DNA of 64,000 bases from Octopus vulgaris. Lineage: Eukaryota. Below are positions 1 through 13,077 of this stretch, one piece after another. Under the pieces are notes generated by a model. That model was not told where the DNA came from and made no database searches. It was given only the letters and a program-made list of their open reading frames with translations. Position 1 is the stretch's first letter; each line of letters starts with the position of its first letter. The position numbers and the translations under genes are program-made. The DNA is taken from positions 63,116,001 through 63,180,000 of the forward strand of contig OX597830.1 in NCBI GenBank assembly GCA_951406725.2, written 5' to 3'.

Positions 1-699
1 ACATCAGTCTCCTTTCATTCCTCTTACCCTGTCTGTCTGTCTGTCCTCAAGACATTATCATCATTTAATGTGCTCGTTTCCATACTTAAATAGGTTTGAT
101 GGAATTTATTGATGCAGATTTTCAATTGCCAGATGCCTCGCCTGTCTCCAAACAAGGTGATATTTTCCCCACAGAAGGCTGGGTATAAACAAACTTACAT
201 GTAGGATTGTGACACTTGTTTACAGCCACCATGTGATGTCACAACAAAGGTACACACACACACACCTATTTATGATAGGTTTCTTCCAGTTTGTCTGCCA
301 AATCCTCTCACAAGATTTTGGTTGGCCAGAAGCTATAATAGAAGACACTTGATGCCGTGCAGTGGGACTGAAGCTGAGATTATATGGTTAAAAATCCAGC
401 TTCGTAACCACACAGCCTTTATGCTATATAAAATTGTTGTTAACACCAAGTCAAGGTCTACAACCAATCATAGAGGGCCATAACTCCAAATAAAAACTGA
501 CTTTGATTGCAACAACTTGTCTTAACCTATGGCAGCAAAGAAAAGGGAACTTGAGGCAGATGACAATGATCTGCTTGAGTCAGAAATGAGTGCAAAGGAA
601 TCTTTTTTTTTCCTCTTTCTTTTTATTTACCTCTGGAGGATTGGAAATTTTTCAATGGCTAAAATCAAGAAGCTCTACTGATGCTCTCTTTGTAGTTTG

Positions 700-790
700 G
701 TAACTGCAGGAGAAGTACTTAGCAAAAAGTAAACCACTGTACTTTGTATCCATTGATCTGAAGAAAGCCTTTGACTGGGTGGTTACTGTG
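700..790 (+). mobile_element. Degenerate non-LTR retrotransposon RT fragment
   Basis: Reads approximately ...PLYFVSIDLKKAFDWV, the DLxKAFD reverse-transcriptase motif; disrupted by stops. Confidence 0.6.
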
Positions 791-1054
791 AAAACAACCT
801 ACACATGGTAACATACAATGAGCTTCCTTCAGTTTCTACCTACCAAATTCACTCAAGGCTTTGCTTGGCCCAGGGTTACAGTAGGAGTCATTTACCCAAG
901 GTGGCTATGCAATGGGACTGAACCTGAAACCATGTTGTTGGGAGGTAAACTTCTTAACCACACAGCCATACTTGCACCTATTTGTGTGTGTGTGTGTGTA
1001 CATAGACATAGACATTTTCCTTTGTGTACTTGCAATCCTGTTCTGTTTATAAAA

Positions 1055-1210
1055 CAGAAGAAAACGTGAATCACGCAAGTCCAGAGCCAACTCCTTCCCT
1101 TCACTCGCAGCAGATCACCAGTGCCTGACCTGCAGCAGAACCATCCAAGCACACATCGAACTGATTGGCAGAGCTGGACACACAATGCCCTGTTGTCTTC
1201 TCCCATGTGA
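1055..1210 (+). mobile_element. 3' end of an RTE-type LINE (decayed C-terminal zinc finger)
   Basis: Translates as RESRKSRANSFPSLAADHQCLTCSRTIQAHIELIG, resembling the CxxC..RIGLxSH C-terminus of RTE ORFs. Confidence 0.5.
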
Positions 1211-1254
1211 TATCCCTAGTCACTGTCGACGACAAATTAATAATACACACGCAC

Positions 1255-1553
1255 ATAAAAAGCACCATCCGAACGTGGCCGATGCCAGCGCCGCCTTAGC
1301 TGGCTTCCGTTACGATGGCACATTAAAAGCACCAACCGATCGTGGCCGATGCCGGACCCCCTGGCACCTGTGCAGGTAACACGTAAAAAGCACCCACTAC
1401 ACTCACGGAGTGGTTGGCGTTAGGAAGGGCATCCAGCTGTAGAAACTCTGCCAGATCAGACTGGAGCCTGGTGCAGCCCCTGGCTTCCCAGACCCCGGTC
1501 GAACCGTCCAACCCGTGCTAGCGCGGAAAACGGACGTTAAATGATGATGATGA
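1255..1553 (+). mobile_element. SINE/non-autonomous retroposon with RTE-like 3' tail ending in (TGA)n
   Basis: GGAGTGGTTGGCGTTAGGAAGGGCATCCAGCTGTAGAAAC...GGAAAACGGACGTTAAATGATGATG. Similar copies at about 8116-8448(-), 17508-17705(-), 31320-31640(-), 38803-39063(+), 43920-44120(-), 51730-51915(-), 53103-53495(-), 60678-60920(-). Confidence 0.85.
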
Positions 1554-2256
1554 TGTATATATTACATGTATGCACACACACACACACACATATACACGTG
1601 TGTATGGATGAGGACAGCTGTATAAAGAAGTGCCAAGCTCTAATTGTGGAAGGTACCTGTGGGAGGGGGTTGTCCCAGGAAGGTATGGGACGAAGTGGTG
1701 AGAAAGGATCTTTGGACGTTGGGCCTCACTGAGAAAACGACAAGGGACTGGGAGGTGTGGCGATTTGCTGTACTTGATGAGACATTTCAATCTAAGTAAA
1801 ATCGCTGTCTTCCACAAAAACAGGGTTGTCCTTTTGGGTGTCAGTGCTGTGTAAACGCACCCTTGCCAGTGGCACATAAAAAGTACCTGACACGCTGTTC
1901 ACCCAGCACACTCTGTAAAATGGTTGGCATCAGGAGGGGCATCCAGCCATAGAAACCATGTCTCAACAGACAGTTGGACTCTAAACAGTTCCCTGCTAGC
2001 CAGCTCCATCTCAAACCATCCAACCCATGCCAGCATGGAAAACAGACATTAAACTATGATGATGCACACACAAACACATACGTATATGCACACACACACA
2101 CACATACATACGTATATGCACACACACAAACACATACGTATATGCACACACACACTCATATGTATATGCACACACACAAACACATACATACATATATGCA
2201 CACACACATACAAATACATTGTTTTAATTTTTCTTTTTTTTGTATTGTTTTTTCAG

Positions 2257-2342
2257 TGGCGTTTATCTTGACGGCTCTTTTCTTGCTGCGAGCTCTGTGT
2301 TTAGGAACCATGAAAGTCAGCCATATCCGACGCCCTGTGTAG
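2257..2342 (+). CDS. Probable terminal coding exon of an upstream gene; encodes a hydrophobic (TM-like) segment and short basic tail
   Basis: Long polypyrimidine tract with TTTCAG acceptor ending at 2256. Phase-1 reading (x)AFILTALFLLRALCLGTMKVSHIRRPV-TAG, followed by about 3.5 kb of UTR-like sequence with AATAAA signals. The frame is inferred, not proven. Confidence 0.5.
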
Positions 2343-4511
2343 GAACCAACAGTCAACCGTTCTTCAGCTCTGCCACTCTCAGATGTGTCTGCTATCATTT
2401 AACTTGTTTGCACAGCAACAAATATATGATATAAAAAAAATATCCATACATATACATATATGTATGTTTAACAACAAAAAACAACTTTCAAAGAAGTCGA
2501 AGAAAAAACAAAATAATTGAGCTTTCAGTTTGATGATAAAATTATTGCTGACGGCAACAAAAAAAACCCCAACAACAACAAGAAGGAATGGTTCATCTTT
2601 TTTTTTTTTCTTTCTTTCTTTTTGTTTTAACATGATTTGGATACTAAAAAGGACATTTCTTTTCAGTTGCTGAGCCAGACATCAGCCAAGGACCACATTA
2701 TACGTTACGTAGCTGTCGGCTTGTTTCAGATGCTTTACCATCTTTCAGTGATTTAGGAGTCTGGGACAGGTGTGGTGGAGTAGGTGTTTTCCTTTCCCAT
2801 TTACACAAAAGGTAGTCACTCTGTCTGTCTGTCTCTGTCTCTTTCTTTTCCTCTGTCTCCCAGTATATACATTCTTCGTTGCTACTGGTCTTCTCTTCTT
2901 CATCTGACACCAACCTAGACCTAGAATAATCTGTTAAAGAGGCACAAACACAATTCTTTAAAGTTCAGGTGGACTTAGTCATTCATTCATTCCACTGGGA
3001 AGAACTTGCCTGTTTGTCGTTGTTTCTTGTACTCCCACCTACAGACTAATTTGACTTAGTTTCTGCTCCAACTCTATTAATGGTACATGCTTTATATATA
3101 CTTCAACATTGGTGAAGTTCTCCCCACCCTCTTTTATTATGTATTAAGCCTTTCCTTTCTTTCCCGCTGCTTCTCTCTCTCTCTCTCTCTTGATCCTGTG
3201 CTGACTCAGTAACTTCAAAGTTTGGAAACTAAAATTATTGGTTTATTTATTCCCCACCCACCCCATGAGTAATTTAATCTTGTTAATTGTTGAAGTGATT
3301 TTAAAAGTTACTAGGAGTCAATAACAATAAAAAAAAATATGAGGAAAAATTTAGATAACATTAAAATTCTAAACATTTCTATGGAAGCTTTTAATATTTT
3401 TTTTTTTTTTTAGTTTGTGAAATTTAATTAAAATGAATCAAATCTATAAATTGATCTTTTTTTTTTCTCCCTTGCTTTCATGCGAGATTGTCTTTGGAAC
3501 AAATTGTTGGTAGCCATTCCAGTTCTTTGAAGTTTTTCTATTACACTTGATTAGATTTGATTTCCAATATTGTTTCTTAGTTTGCTGGAAACTGAGAGAC
3601 AAGCTTCTTTTTTCCCTCAATTATTATCTTCTATGTAGAAAACATTATCTTTTGTCTTTTGAAGACAATAGCTGTTTCATCTCCCTTATACATACATTAC
3701 ACACACTCACACATGTAAAATGTTATGCAAAGCTGATCCACAGTTATTGGCTACCTAAGGTTATACAGTAGAAATGCTCCTGCTACTGGATATATATTCT
3801 CTCTCTCCTCCCTCAGTTTTATAGTCTTGTGAACTAATTCCCTAATAAAGAAGGGTAGCAGGTAATATAACATACTAAAAGGATTAAACACCTATATTTA
3901 ATCCATTATACTATTTTATACATTGATTTGTAGGGCACTGGGTTTAACCACCAATATTTACTAATATTTAGCATCGTTGTCCCTCTGCTTTATTATACAC
4001 CAATTTCAAAATCAGTGTTGAATTAGCTGTTCATCCTAGGATCATTTAAAATTAGCTGTAATATGTTGTGGGGATAGGATATCATCCTGTATACTTCTCC
4101 GATAAAACATAGTCCTACATTTAGGAATAAAGTGAGGGCGGTAGTGGTGGTGGGGGGAGGCAGTATTTGTTTTGTTTTTGTTGTTGAGTTTTTATATTTG
4201 TTTTTTCCAATAAATTACTAATTGCCACCTCACCCCACTCCTCTGTGGAATTGAAATGGAAAGTTTATTATTTCTAAAGTTTAATGTTGTAGCTAAATTT
4301 TACTACTAATAATACTTAGTAAAATGTTGCCTCAAACAGTTGTTAGGCCACAAAGAGGGACCAAAGCAAAAAAATCTATCACATTTCACTAATTTAATGT
4401 AGGAGTCAGGGAGAGAAGTGAAGGGGTTAGGGTAGTTGAGGCGCTGTTTGATTATTATTTGTGTTGTATCTTAGTTTTGTTTTTTGTTTTTTTAACCACT
4501 AGTTACTACAA

Positions 4512-4756
4512 TTGGGCTGTCAGATAAATTTGTTCCTTTCATTTCCTGCTTGGCATTCCATCGTCATATGTCTGGAAAGAGACTGAATTTATTCAAACTT
4601 CAAAACTGATAAACGAAAGTTGTAGAAGAATAAAGTTACAAAAAGACCCTTAAATCTCTGATAAAAATATTTTTCATGTTACTTCAAATAACATTGGAAA
4701 GAATTAAAATAGATGGAGAAGCAATTCAAAAAATGAACAAATTTATGACAACTCAA
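4512..4756. mobile_element. Tc1/mariner-like MITE
   Basis: Imperfect terminal inverted repeats TTGGGCTGTCAGATAAATTTGTTC / GAACAAATTTATGACAACTCAA. Confidence 0.55.
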
Positions 4757-4778
4757 TGTTATTATTATTATTATTTGA

Positions 4779-4988
4779 AGGTGGCAAGCTGGCAGAATCG
4801 TTAACACTCTGGACAGAATGCTTTGTATTTTGCCCATCGCTTCATTCTGAGTTCAAATTCTGCCGAGGTTAACTTTGCCTTTCATTCTTTCAGGGTTGAT
4901 AAATTAAGTACCAGTGAAACACTGGGGTCAATGTCATTGACTTAATCCCCACCCCAAGCTACCCTTGTGGCAAAAATTTGAAATCATT
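4779..4988 (+). mobile_element. tRNA-derived SINE, family B
   Basis: GGCAAGCTGGCAGAATCG...GAGTTCAAATTC (B-box-like)...GCCTTTCATTCTTTCAGGG. Copies at about 5082-5298(+), 6580-6722(+), 20785-20955(-), 28205-28436(-), 30215-30365(-), 38140-38320(-), 46050-46510(-). Confidence 0.8.
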
Positions 4989-5807
4989 ATTACTCTAAAC
5001 TTTTCAAACTTTGTGATATTTAATTTAAGGAATTTAATGCAAGCCTCCAATCTTGTCTGGTATTATTAATATTTTTTGTGTAAGGTAGCGAGCTGGCAGA
5101 ATTGTTAGCACGCTGGGCAGAATGCTTAGTTGCATTTCGTCTGTTTTTACGTTCTGAGTTCAAATTCCACTAAGGCCAACTTTGCCTTTCAACCTTTCAG
5201 GGTCGATAAAATATGTACCAGTTGAGTACTGGGGTTGATGTAATTGATTTAACCCCTTTTTCTGAAATTACTGGCCTTGTGCCAAAATCCAATACCATTA
5301 TTATTTTGTGTGTGTGTTTTTTTCTCTCTCTCTCTCTCTCTCCTCTGGTTTCTCTAAAAGATGAATTCCAAATCAGTGGCTCCAAATCATTATGTTGTCT
5401 TTCCTTCTCTTTTTTTCTCTCTCCCTCTCTTTTTATTCTCTTTTCTTTCTCTTCTCACAATCATTAACTTCAGTTCTGCATTGTCATAAATCTGTGATAA
5501 CTCTAAATATTTGCATTGACGCAAATGAACTCTTAATAATGTTTGCTACACAACTGAAGTAGTGGTTACTTCTTCTACTGGCTTGTTTTATATATATATA
5601 TATACACATATATATATATGAAAAAGTGTGTGAGTATATGAGAGAAAGGGGGCTCTGAAGTGCCCCCCTTCCCCTGCCTCCTATATATATATATATCTAT
5701 AGGAAGAAGTGACTCCTTCTTCCTATATATATATATATATTTTATATAAAAAATCAGTTGTGTGGTGTTTCTGCTGTCTCTACACACCATCTTTGAGGCA
5801 GTGTTGG

Positions 5808-5892
5808 AATAAATATATATATTAAAAAAAAAATTTGAAAATAAATATATTGTAATAAATACAATTCATAATAAAGAACAACTCAAATAAAA
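5808..5892 (+). terminator. Clustered polyadenylation signals of the + strand gene
   Basis: Several AATAAA hexamers (about 5808, 5840, 5855, 5870, 5887) followed by GT/T-rich sequence (TGTCTTTGTTTG). Confidence 0.45.
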
Positions 5893-6764
5893 AAGATATT
5901 TAAAAAAAAAATGTCTTTGTTTGGAATACAAACAGAATCTTTAATTGTCTGTCTATTCATTCATTAAACATATCTTAATTAATTTTGTCTTTATCTTTTT
6001 TTAATTTTTTAAAAATATTTTCTGAATGTTTCCGTTGATAAAGTCCAATGTAAAATGTTATTTGTGGTTTTTTGTTTTAAACTTTTGGTATAAATATTTT
6101 TCTGAATCTAAGACAAATCTCTAAGAATTATTCTATTTTGCTCTCTGTCTGCCTATGGCTGCTCTTTTATATTTTGCTTCAACTGTTCTGCTACAATTGC
6201 TTGGCCATGACAAATTCAATATGATTGCAACACTTTTTATTAAACTCTAGCTGTGTGCTTCACAAGTTTCCTTTCTAGCCATGCATGCATGTGTGTGTAT
6301 CAATGCAATCCAGGGTCTGAGTGTACAAAGTTTATAAGCTTTAAGCAACAAGTGGCTAGTACAAAGAACAAAAGCGAACGATATGATAAAATAATTTATT
6401 GACATTGCAAGTTCCACACTTTTTCTCTATATTGGAATTACAAAGCATTTCAATAAGTTGTTTCTGTACAACTCACTGTTAGCAATTAATGCTGCTAAAA
6501 ATGCAAACGAAATCTAAATTTTAAGGGAGTGGAGCAGATATGTAAGCTTTATATGTAGCTTTGAAGCATTTCATGTCATTATGTTCTAAGTTCAAATTCC
6601 ACTGAGGTCAGTTTTTGCCTTTCATCTTTTTGGGGGGTTTGATAAAATAAGTACCAGTTGAACACTAGGGTCATGTAATCAACTGACCCACCTCTCCTGA
6701 AATTGTGCCAAAATTTGAAACCAATTTGTTACACAAAGTAAAATCTCTCTGTGGTCAATAGCAA

Positions 6765-7073
6765 CCATGGGATACCCCTAGAAGGTTCCCCTCCAGAATA
6801 CGTGTCAAGGCAAGGTTATTTATAGAAGATCAGCAGTTGTCCATGCATACCAGCCTCTCCTCTCCCCACCACTGATACTGTCTAAGGGAATGGCCAAGGC
6901 CAATACAGCTTGGTATTAGTGATGTCACAGCTCATTTCTACAGCTGTGTGAACTGGAGCAACATGAAATAGTGTCTTGCTCAAGAACACAATACACAGCC
7001 TGGCCCGGGAATTGAACTTACTATGTCATGATTGTGAGCCCAATGCTCTAAGCACTAAGCTATGTGCCTTCAC
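6765..7073 (-). mobile_element. tRNA-headed SINE with a conserved central domain, family E
   Basis: Shares the AACTGGAGCAACATGAAAT..GTGTCTTGCTCAAGAACACAA..CCGGGAATTGAAC block with copies at about 35430-35665, 56290-56500 and 62790-62960. Confidence 0.65.
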
Positions 7074-7119
7074 TTATGTAATTATTACGACTATACATCA
7101 ATAGAAATGAGTCATGCCT

Positions 7120-7680
7120 CTATACCCATGTAGTAAACTTCTTTAGTAGAGGAGAATAAACCATGCCAAGGTCAAGTTGTTTAACACCTGGTTTTCCACC
7201 TGAATATGACAGCAAGTCATGGGAAACCTGCTCTTTGCAGGAAACATAAGCTTTATATGTTTCATAGGAGTTGGCTGTTTTGAAAACGTCTGAAACAGTA
7301 GCTTGCTTAACAGGACAAGCATGCACTCCATGTTTACTTCAATGGCTAAGAGATGTCGTTCACACAAAAGATCTGCTGTGCTGTCACTTGGGATCTGTGT
7401 TGAGAGATCAAAAAGCCCCTGCGCTTGTGATACAAAGTTGTGTGTGAATGTGACTTGAAAGTGATTGACCTTGACCTTGTTGCTTGTAAAGCAATCACAG
7501 ACCACAGGACTTTATAGGGACAACAAATGTCATGAGCATTAAGAAGCCGGGAATAAAAACCTTTGTAAGACCAAGATGAATAAGGTTTACAAGGGGGGAA
7601 GTTCTGTATTTTTATAGAAAACATCCCACATGTAGCATCTATGTAAAAAGCACCACTTTTTGTGTAATAGAATTGTGACT
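7120..7680 (-). pseudogene. Possible decayed DNA-transposase fragment (MULE-like)
   Basis: Overlapping frameshifted ORFs contain FYIDATCG and a later LLCERH (CxxH-like) motif; similarity is weak. Confidence 0.3.
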
Positions 7681-9381
7681 GAAGAGAAACAACTGAAGTC
7701 CATTGTTCAGTCACAATTCTATTAGAGGAGGATGTGGAGAAGGAAACTGAAGAGAAACAACTGAAGTCCATTGTTCAGTTTCCTTCTCCACATCCTCCTC
7801 TACTTCTCTCTCTGCAAGTCGGACAGATGCCACTCAAAGAACTCTACACAAAGTATATGGATCTTTGACAGTTTCGACAATGAGGATGTAGCAATTATCA
7901 TTTTTAACATCTGCTTTTCCATGATTGCTTCCGATGGTCGGATGCTCTTCCTGTTACCAACCTTCACCTATTACCAAGCAAGGTAATATTTTCCCCCTTG
8001 GCCAGGCATATTTACACAGTATTGGAAATGAATCACATTCATTTACAACAACCATGCAACTTCATCACACATAAATATGATGGGCTTCTTTTACCAAATC
8101 CACTCACAAGGCTTGTCATCATCATCATCATTTAGCGTCCATGCTAGCATGGGTTGGACGGTTCAACTGGGGTCTGTGAAGCTGGAAGGCTTCGTCAGGC
8201 CCAGTCAGATCTGGCAGTGTTTCTACAGCTGGATGCCCTTCCTAACGCCAACCACTCCATGAGTGTAGTGGGTGCTTTTTACGTGCCACCTGCACAGGTG
8301 CCAGACAGAGCTGGCAAACGGCCACGAACGGATGGTGCTTTTACATGTCACCGGCACGAGGGCCAGGCAAGGCTGGCAACAGACACGAACGGATGGTGCT
8401 TTTACGTGCCACCGACACGGGGGCCAGACAGAGCTGGCAGACGGCCACTGTTATGAAAGTGTTCAGACTAAGCATCATTATTGCCATTAAATGGGTTAAC
8501 ACTAGTAAAAATATGGCTGTCTTTGCTTATTAATGGGTTAACAATCAGCAATGATACAACAGCAGCAGCATCGCTAAGAGGGATAATGCTATCAGCAGGG
8601 GGTGCAGCTGGGGTATGGCAAGCAGGGCACATGCCCTGGACACCACTTTAAGTATGGGGGTACAATTTTGGCCAAGATCATTTTCTAATTAAGCCATCGA
8701 AAAAAAAAATTGGGTGGAGGGGTGCAATTTTAATGCTCGCCCTGACACTACCCTAGCTGTGCCTCCCCCCTGACTATCAGAGTATAAAATCCTATTACTA
8801 GGGATAACACGATCGGAGTATAATGCCACTTGCTGTTAGAGGGTTTAACTCTTTTGGTGACAATGTCCACCATTTCCATTAAAAAGAGGATAAGACTATG
8901 TATGAGTGGGTTAACACCAGCAGAGCTTTATAAATCCAAGAGAACGAAAAATCAAAACAATAACCATTAAAAGAGATACATTTGTAATATTACTGCCACC
9001 ATAAATAATCAAAAGAAAAGGCAGCATTAAACACTAAAGGTACCCTTGGATACCAACCATTCTTGAAACTGCCCCTGGTTCTATGATATTGGTTACAAAT
9101 TTTGGCACAAGGCCAGCAGCTTTGAGGGGAGGGGCTAATTCAATTGAATCGACCCTAGTGTTCAACTGGTACTTGGTGGAGGGCGTTTTGGAGGTGTCAA
9201 GAGATTTGGGCTCTAGAGGGGTGGGGTGCTGGAAGACCCTCAATTTGGTCAATTAGAAAAAACATATTTCAAATATTTTCCACTTTAGCGACATCAAGCA
9301 ATTTTCTGTAACTCTCTGGTGTCATGTGTAATTGGTGTCGCTAAAGTGAAACCCCAAAAACAAAAACTAAAAATAGTAGTT

Positions 9382-10342
9382 GCCCCACCGACTTTGGATG
9401 ATCATAACTTTCAGAAAAATGGATATTTTTCAATGAAACTTTCTACAAATATGTGTTATATTATGTAGATTCCGAATATACAAAGTGTTTTGGGGAGAAG
9501 TGTTTTAGGAGGTGGTGTGGTGAGGAGTTTCGAAAAATTCACCGGAGTCCAATTCCTCTGAACTTTCAAGAAAATGGATATCTTTTAATGGGATTCCGTA
9601 CATATACACCTCGGACTATGTAGATTCCAAAGACATAGGAATTTGGGGGGTCATTTTTGAGAACTGTTTCCCACTCGGGGTTGTTTCAGAACAAGTCCAT
9701 ATTTGTTTCATTTTCTCCGTTTTGTGCGTTTGTGCATCCGTAGATTTACACACAAATCTCTTTGGTGGTCTTCTGCTTTTCAGTTAGAATCGTTTACCTG
9801 GGAATTTACTTAAAGAGAAAAAAATCGTATGTAACAGATAAGTCGTCTTAATAGCATATTTCTGTGTAGCAGACCTTTAGCTGTTATTTTTAGCACAACG
9901 TGTTTTCTGGTGAGGGCTTCATTTGCCTTCATTGCCTGTTTGTTGCTTCAGTAGAAATCTACGGATGCACCAAACGAACAAAAAAAGAAAGAAAATGAAA
10001 CAAATATGGACCACGTGGTCCGAAACAGCGAGAAACGGTTCTCAAAATATAACCCCTAATCCCCCCCCCCCCCGCAATTCATATCTTCTCGGAATCTACA
10101 TAGTTCGAGATATATTTGTAGAGAATTTCGTTAAAAAATATCCATTTTCTTTGAAGTTAAGACCAATTGAAGTGGGCTCCGATGTATTTTCCGAAATTTC
10201 CCACCATACCCCCTTTTTAAATACTTTCCCCCAAAAAAAACTTTGTATATTCGGAATCTACATGATATAACACATATTCGTAGAAAATTTCATTAAAAAA
10301 TATCTATTTTTCTGAAAGTTATGATCATCTGAAGTCGGGGGT
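9382..10342. mobile_element. Foldback/non-autonomous DNA element with about 370-bp inverted arms
   Basis: 9382-9750 is the imperfect reverse complement of 9950-10342 (e.g. GATGATCATAACTTTCAGAAAAAT / ATTTTTCTGAAAGTTATGATCATC). Confidence 0.8.
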
Positions 10343-11374
10343 AGAAATCTATAGTTTTGCCAAAATTAATTTTAATCGTAATCTTGAAGAGGAGCATGCA
10401 TTTCCCCTTTCCTTAATACCAGCAAGAGCTTACTATGAGGGAGAGTTGGCTGTTATTTATAGCAAATTGAACAACCACAGAGAGAGTACCTCATTGGCTA
10501 AAAACTACACCTCCGCTAAAAATAAAATAATTTTAATTGTAATGATGGAGAGGAGTCTCAGGGTGCAACCTTAAAGTTGACTCCGTTCGCCACAACGAAA
10601 TTTTATTATTGGTTAAAATCTCACGTTGTGAGATTTAAAAATAGTAATTTTCTAATTTACGGTTAAAAACAGTTTTTCAATTTTTAAACATCTGTAACTT
10701 TTTCCTCAAATACCGTCCTCCACAATTTGCTACTCATCTGAAATACATATGTACTTCAGATCTTTCTATCAAATACATTCTCTTGAATGTATTTGACAAA
10801 GCTCTAGGCGTTTTGAGAAGGGAAATCAGAAAGGTTTGAATTTACTTGTAACAAAGAACTCTTTCAAAAACAACACGTTGATCTCATAAGTGTTCAGTAG
10901 TGGAAATAAACACAGTCGCCAAACTTTCATTCGTAAGACCTTTTATTATTTGAGGTTTTTTTTTTGTTTTTTGCCTTTCAGTTTGTACGTTTGTAGGCAT
11001 ACATTGTAAGGTATTCAATCAATATGAGTGTAGTGTGATGGATGAAGAGGACGACAGAAGGAGAAGCAAGGGGAGAAAGAAATACAAAAGGCCTTGTCTC
11101 TTACGAATTCGACACGTCCTGTCGCTTCCTCGTCTATGACCACACGTGCGTTCTGCTTGACCTCTTCCGCTTCCTGCGATGCATGCACCCTGCTGTCTTC
11201 CGCCGGCCTCTGCAAGCTCTAACTTCCGCCCCATCTGTCATCCTCTCCACCAGCCTCACATAACTCATCACATCCCACAACACCGACTGCCAACACCACA
11301 ACGAGTATCTGTAAGTACTCCCAATTGCATACAAGCGCATATGTAAAATGACGTCCTTTATTTTTTAATCATTA

Positions 11375-11684
11375 CTAGCAGTATCGCCCGGCGTTGCTCG
11401 GGTTTGTAAGGGAAATAACTATATAAGCATTTTTAGAGAGTTACTTCCCTTATATAACCCGAGCAAAAATCATTATCAATGCGGAAAAATGATGGTAATT
11501 TTTTTTTTTTATTGTAGACTCATCGTAGACGCGCTAATACCCAGAAGGGCTCGATATGAATGACAACTATAAAATACCCGCTTTTGGTTAAACTGCACCG
11601 CAAAATGTGGGAGTAGTTAGGAATCTAAATCGGAGGAGACAGAGTCTCACACACACAACTTCAATTTTATATATAATATAAAGA
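11375..11684 (-). mobile_element. Non-autonomous Helitron
   Basis: On the minus strand: starts TC, ends CTAG, GC-rich hairpin CCCGAGCAACGCCGGG just before the end, inserted between A and T; homologous to 28451-29012 and 42252-42605. Confidence 0.8.
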
Positions 11685-13077
11685 TTTGCTGATATCAAAA
11701 TAATATATTGAAAAATAAAAATATTTTCTAAGGGGGCCATTTCTTACTCCAAGGATTAAAAAGGGGCGTTTGGCCAAAATGGGTTGAGAACCTTTGACCT
11801 AAATTAAAACCTTCCATCAAAATTTTGTGCTAATTTGTGCCTCCAACATCTGTTTGATATTGACAAAATTATTTAATTAAATTCCTCATTAGATATAGTA
11901 TATTCTTTTCTCCCTGTATTTAATAAAATTTTCTCTTATGTTGCCTTATTAGGTTCCACTTCAATGTTTCCAAATATACAAAATTTTTTCCTTGCCTCCT
12001 GATCCTATGTAATCAGATGGCTTGATTCTTTTGATACCAACCTGCATGAAACAGCTAATGGTTCTACGATACAAACTTTCTGCTTTAAAGGAAGCTAAAT
12101 TAAAACCTTCTGTCAAAATTTCTTGTAAATTTATAATCCAAACACCAGGTTGATAACGACATAGTTATTTTACTAAATTGTTTGTTATTTTTCAAATTAA
12201 CTGAAAGAATGGGAGTGTATTTTGATACAACCATGGCAACAAAAGGGTTAAACTTATTTGATGAAGTGCTAAGATTTTTGTCATACAATGCTTTGATGGA
12301 TGTGCAACATCAGTGTGCATGTATGACAGAGTGTAAGCATCTTGGGAGGAAAGCTGGACATAAGAGGCATCAGATGTGGTGTGCAAGAGACGACTGCATT
12401 GGTATGTGCAACGTCAGTGTGCATGTATGACAGAGTGTAAGTGTCATACACTAGTGTAACTCTCTGGCTTACCAGCTCCTGTCAAAGCAACCAACCTATG
12501 TCAGCATGGAAAACATGCGAAATAATGATGATGAAAAGATAATGAACTGCGAAAACTTTGTCACTAAACTGACCAAGTCACAGTTGTGTAATGAAAATTT
12601 TGATATTTCATGAAATAAATTTGAAGTGAATTGAGCAGCGTCCTTGCGTGTTATTAACCCTTTTGACCATAGCACGCTTGAAACTGTCCTGCTTCTAGGT
12701 TACTAACTTCCTTTAACACTGTAGCATTTAGATTATTCTGTCAAAAGTAAGGCTTTTTCATTCATATTATTCTGAAGTAATCTTGAAGTTTTGAGATTTC
12801 AATGATGTGATTGTTTATTTTTTACAATGACATTGTAGGATATGAGTGAGAGGCCAGATCTGGATGGTTTGAACATAAGTAGAATATTTGGGCTGGTTTA
12901 AATGCTAATGGGTTAGAGGGACCTAAATTTAAAAGGTTCCATGAAAATTTCATGTTATGTCTCAAACACCAGACTAATCACAACAAAGTTATTTCACTTA
13001 AATCTTTATTATTTTCTAAAAGAATTGAAATAAAGGAAATGTAGTCAACAGAAATATGGTAACCTGAGGGTTAAGAA

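Noticed and set aside
1974-2256. His/Thr-rich or Val/Cys-rich ORFs (also near 16.8, 29.6, 35.3, 40.4 and 49.7 kb)
   Set aside because: Translations of (CA)n/(TA)n microsatellites
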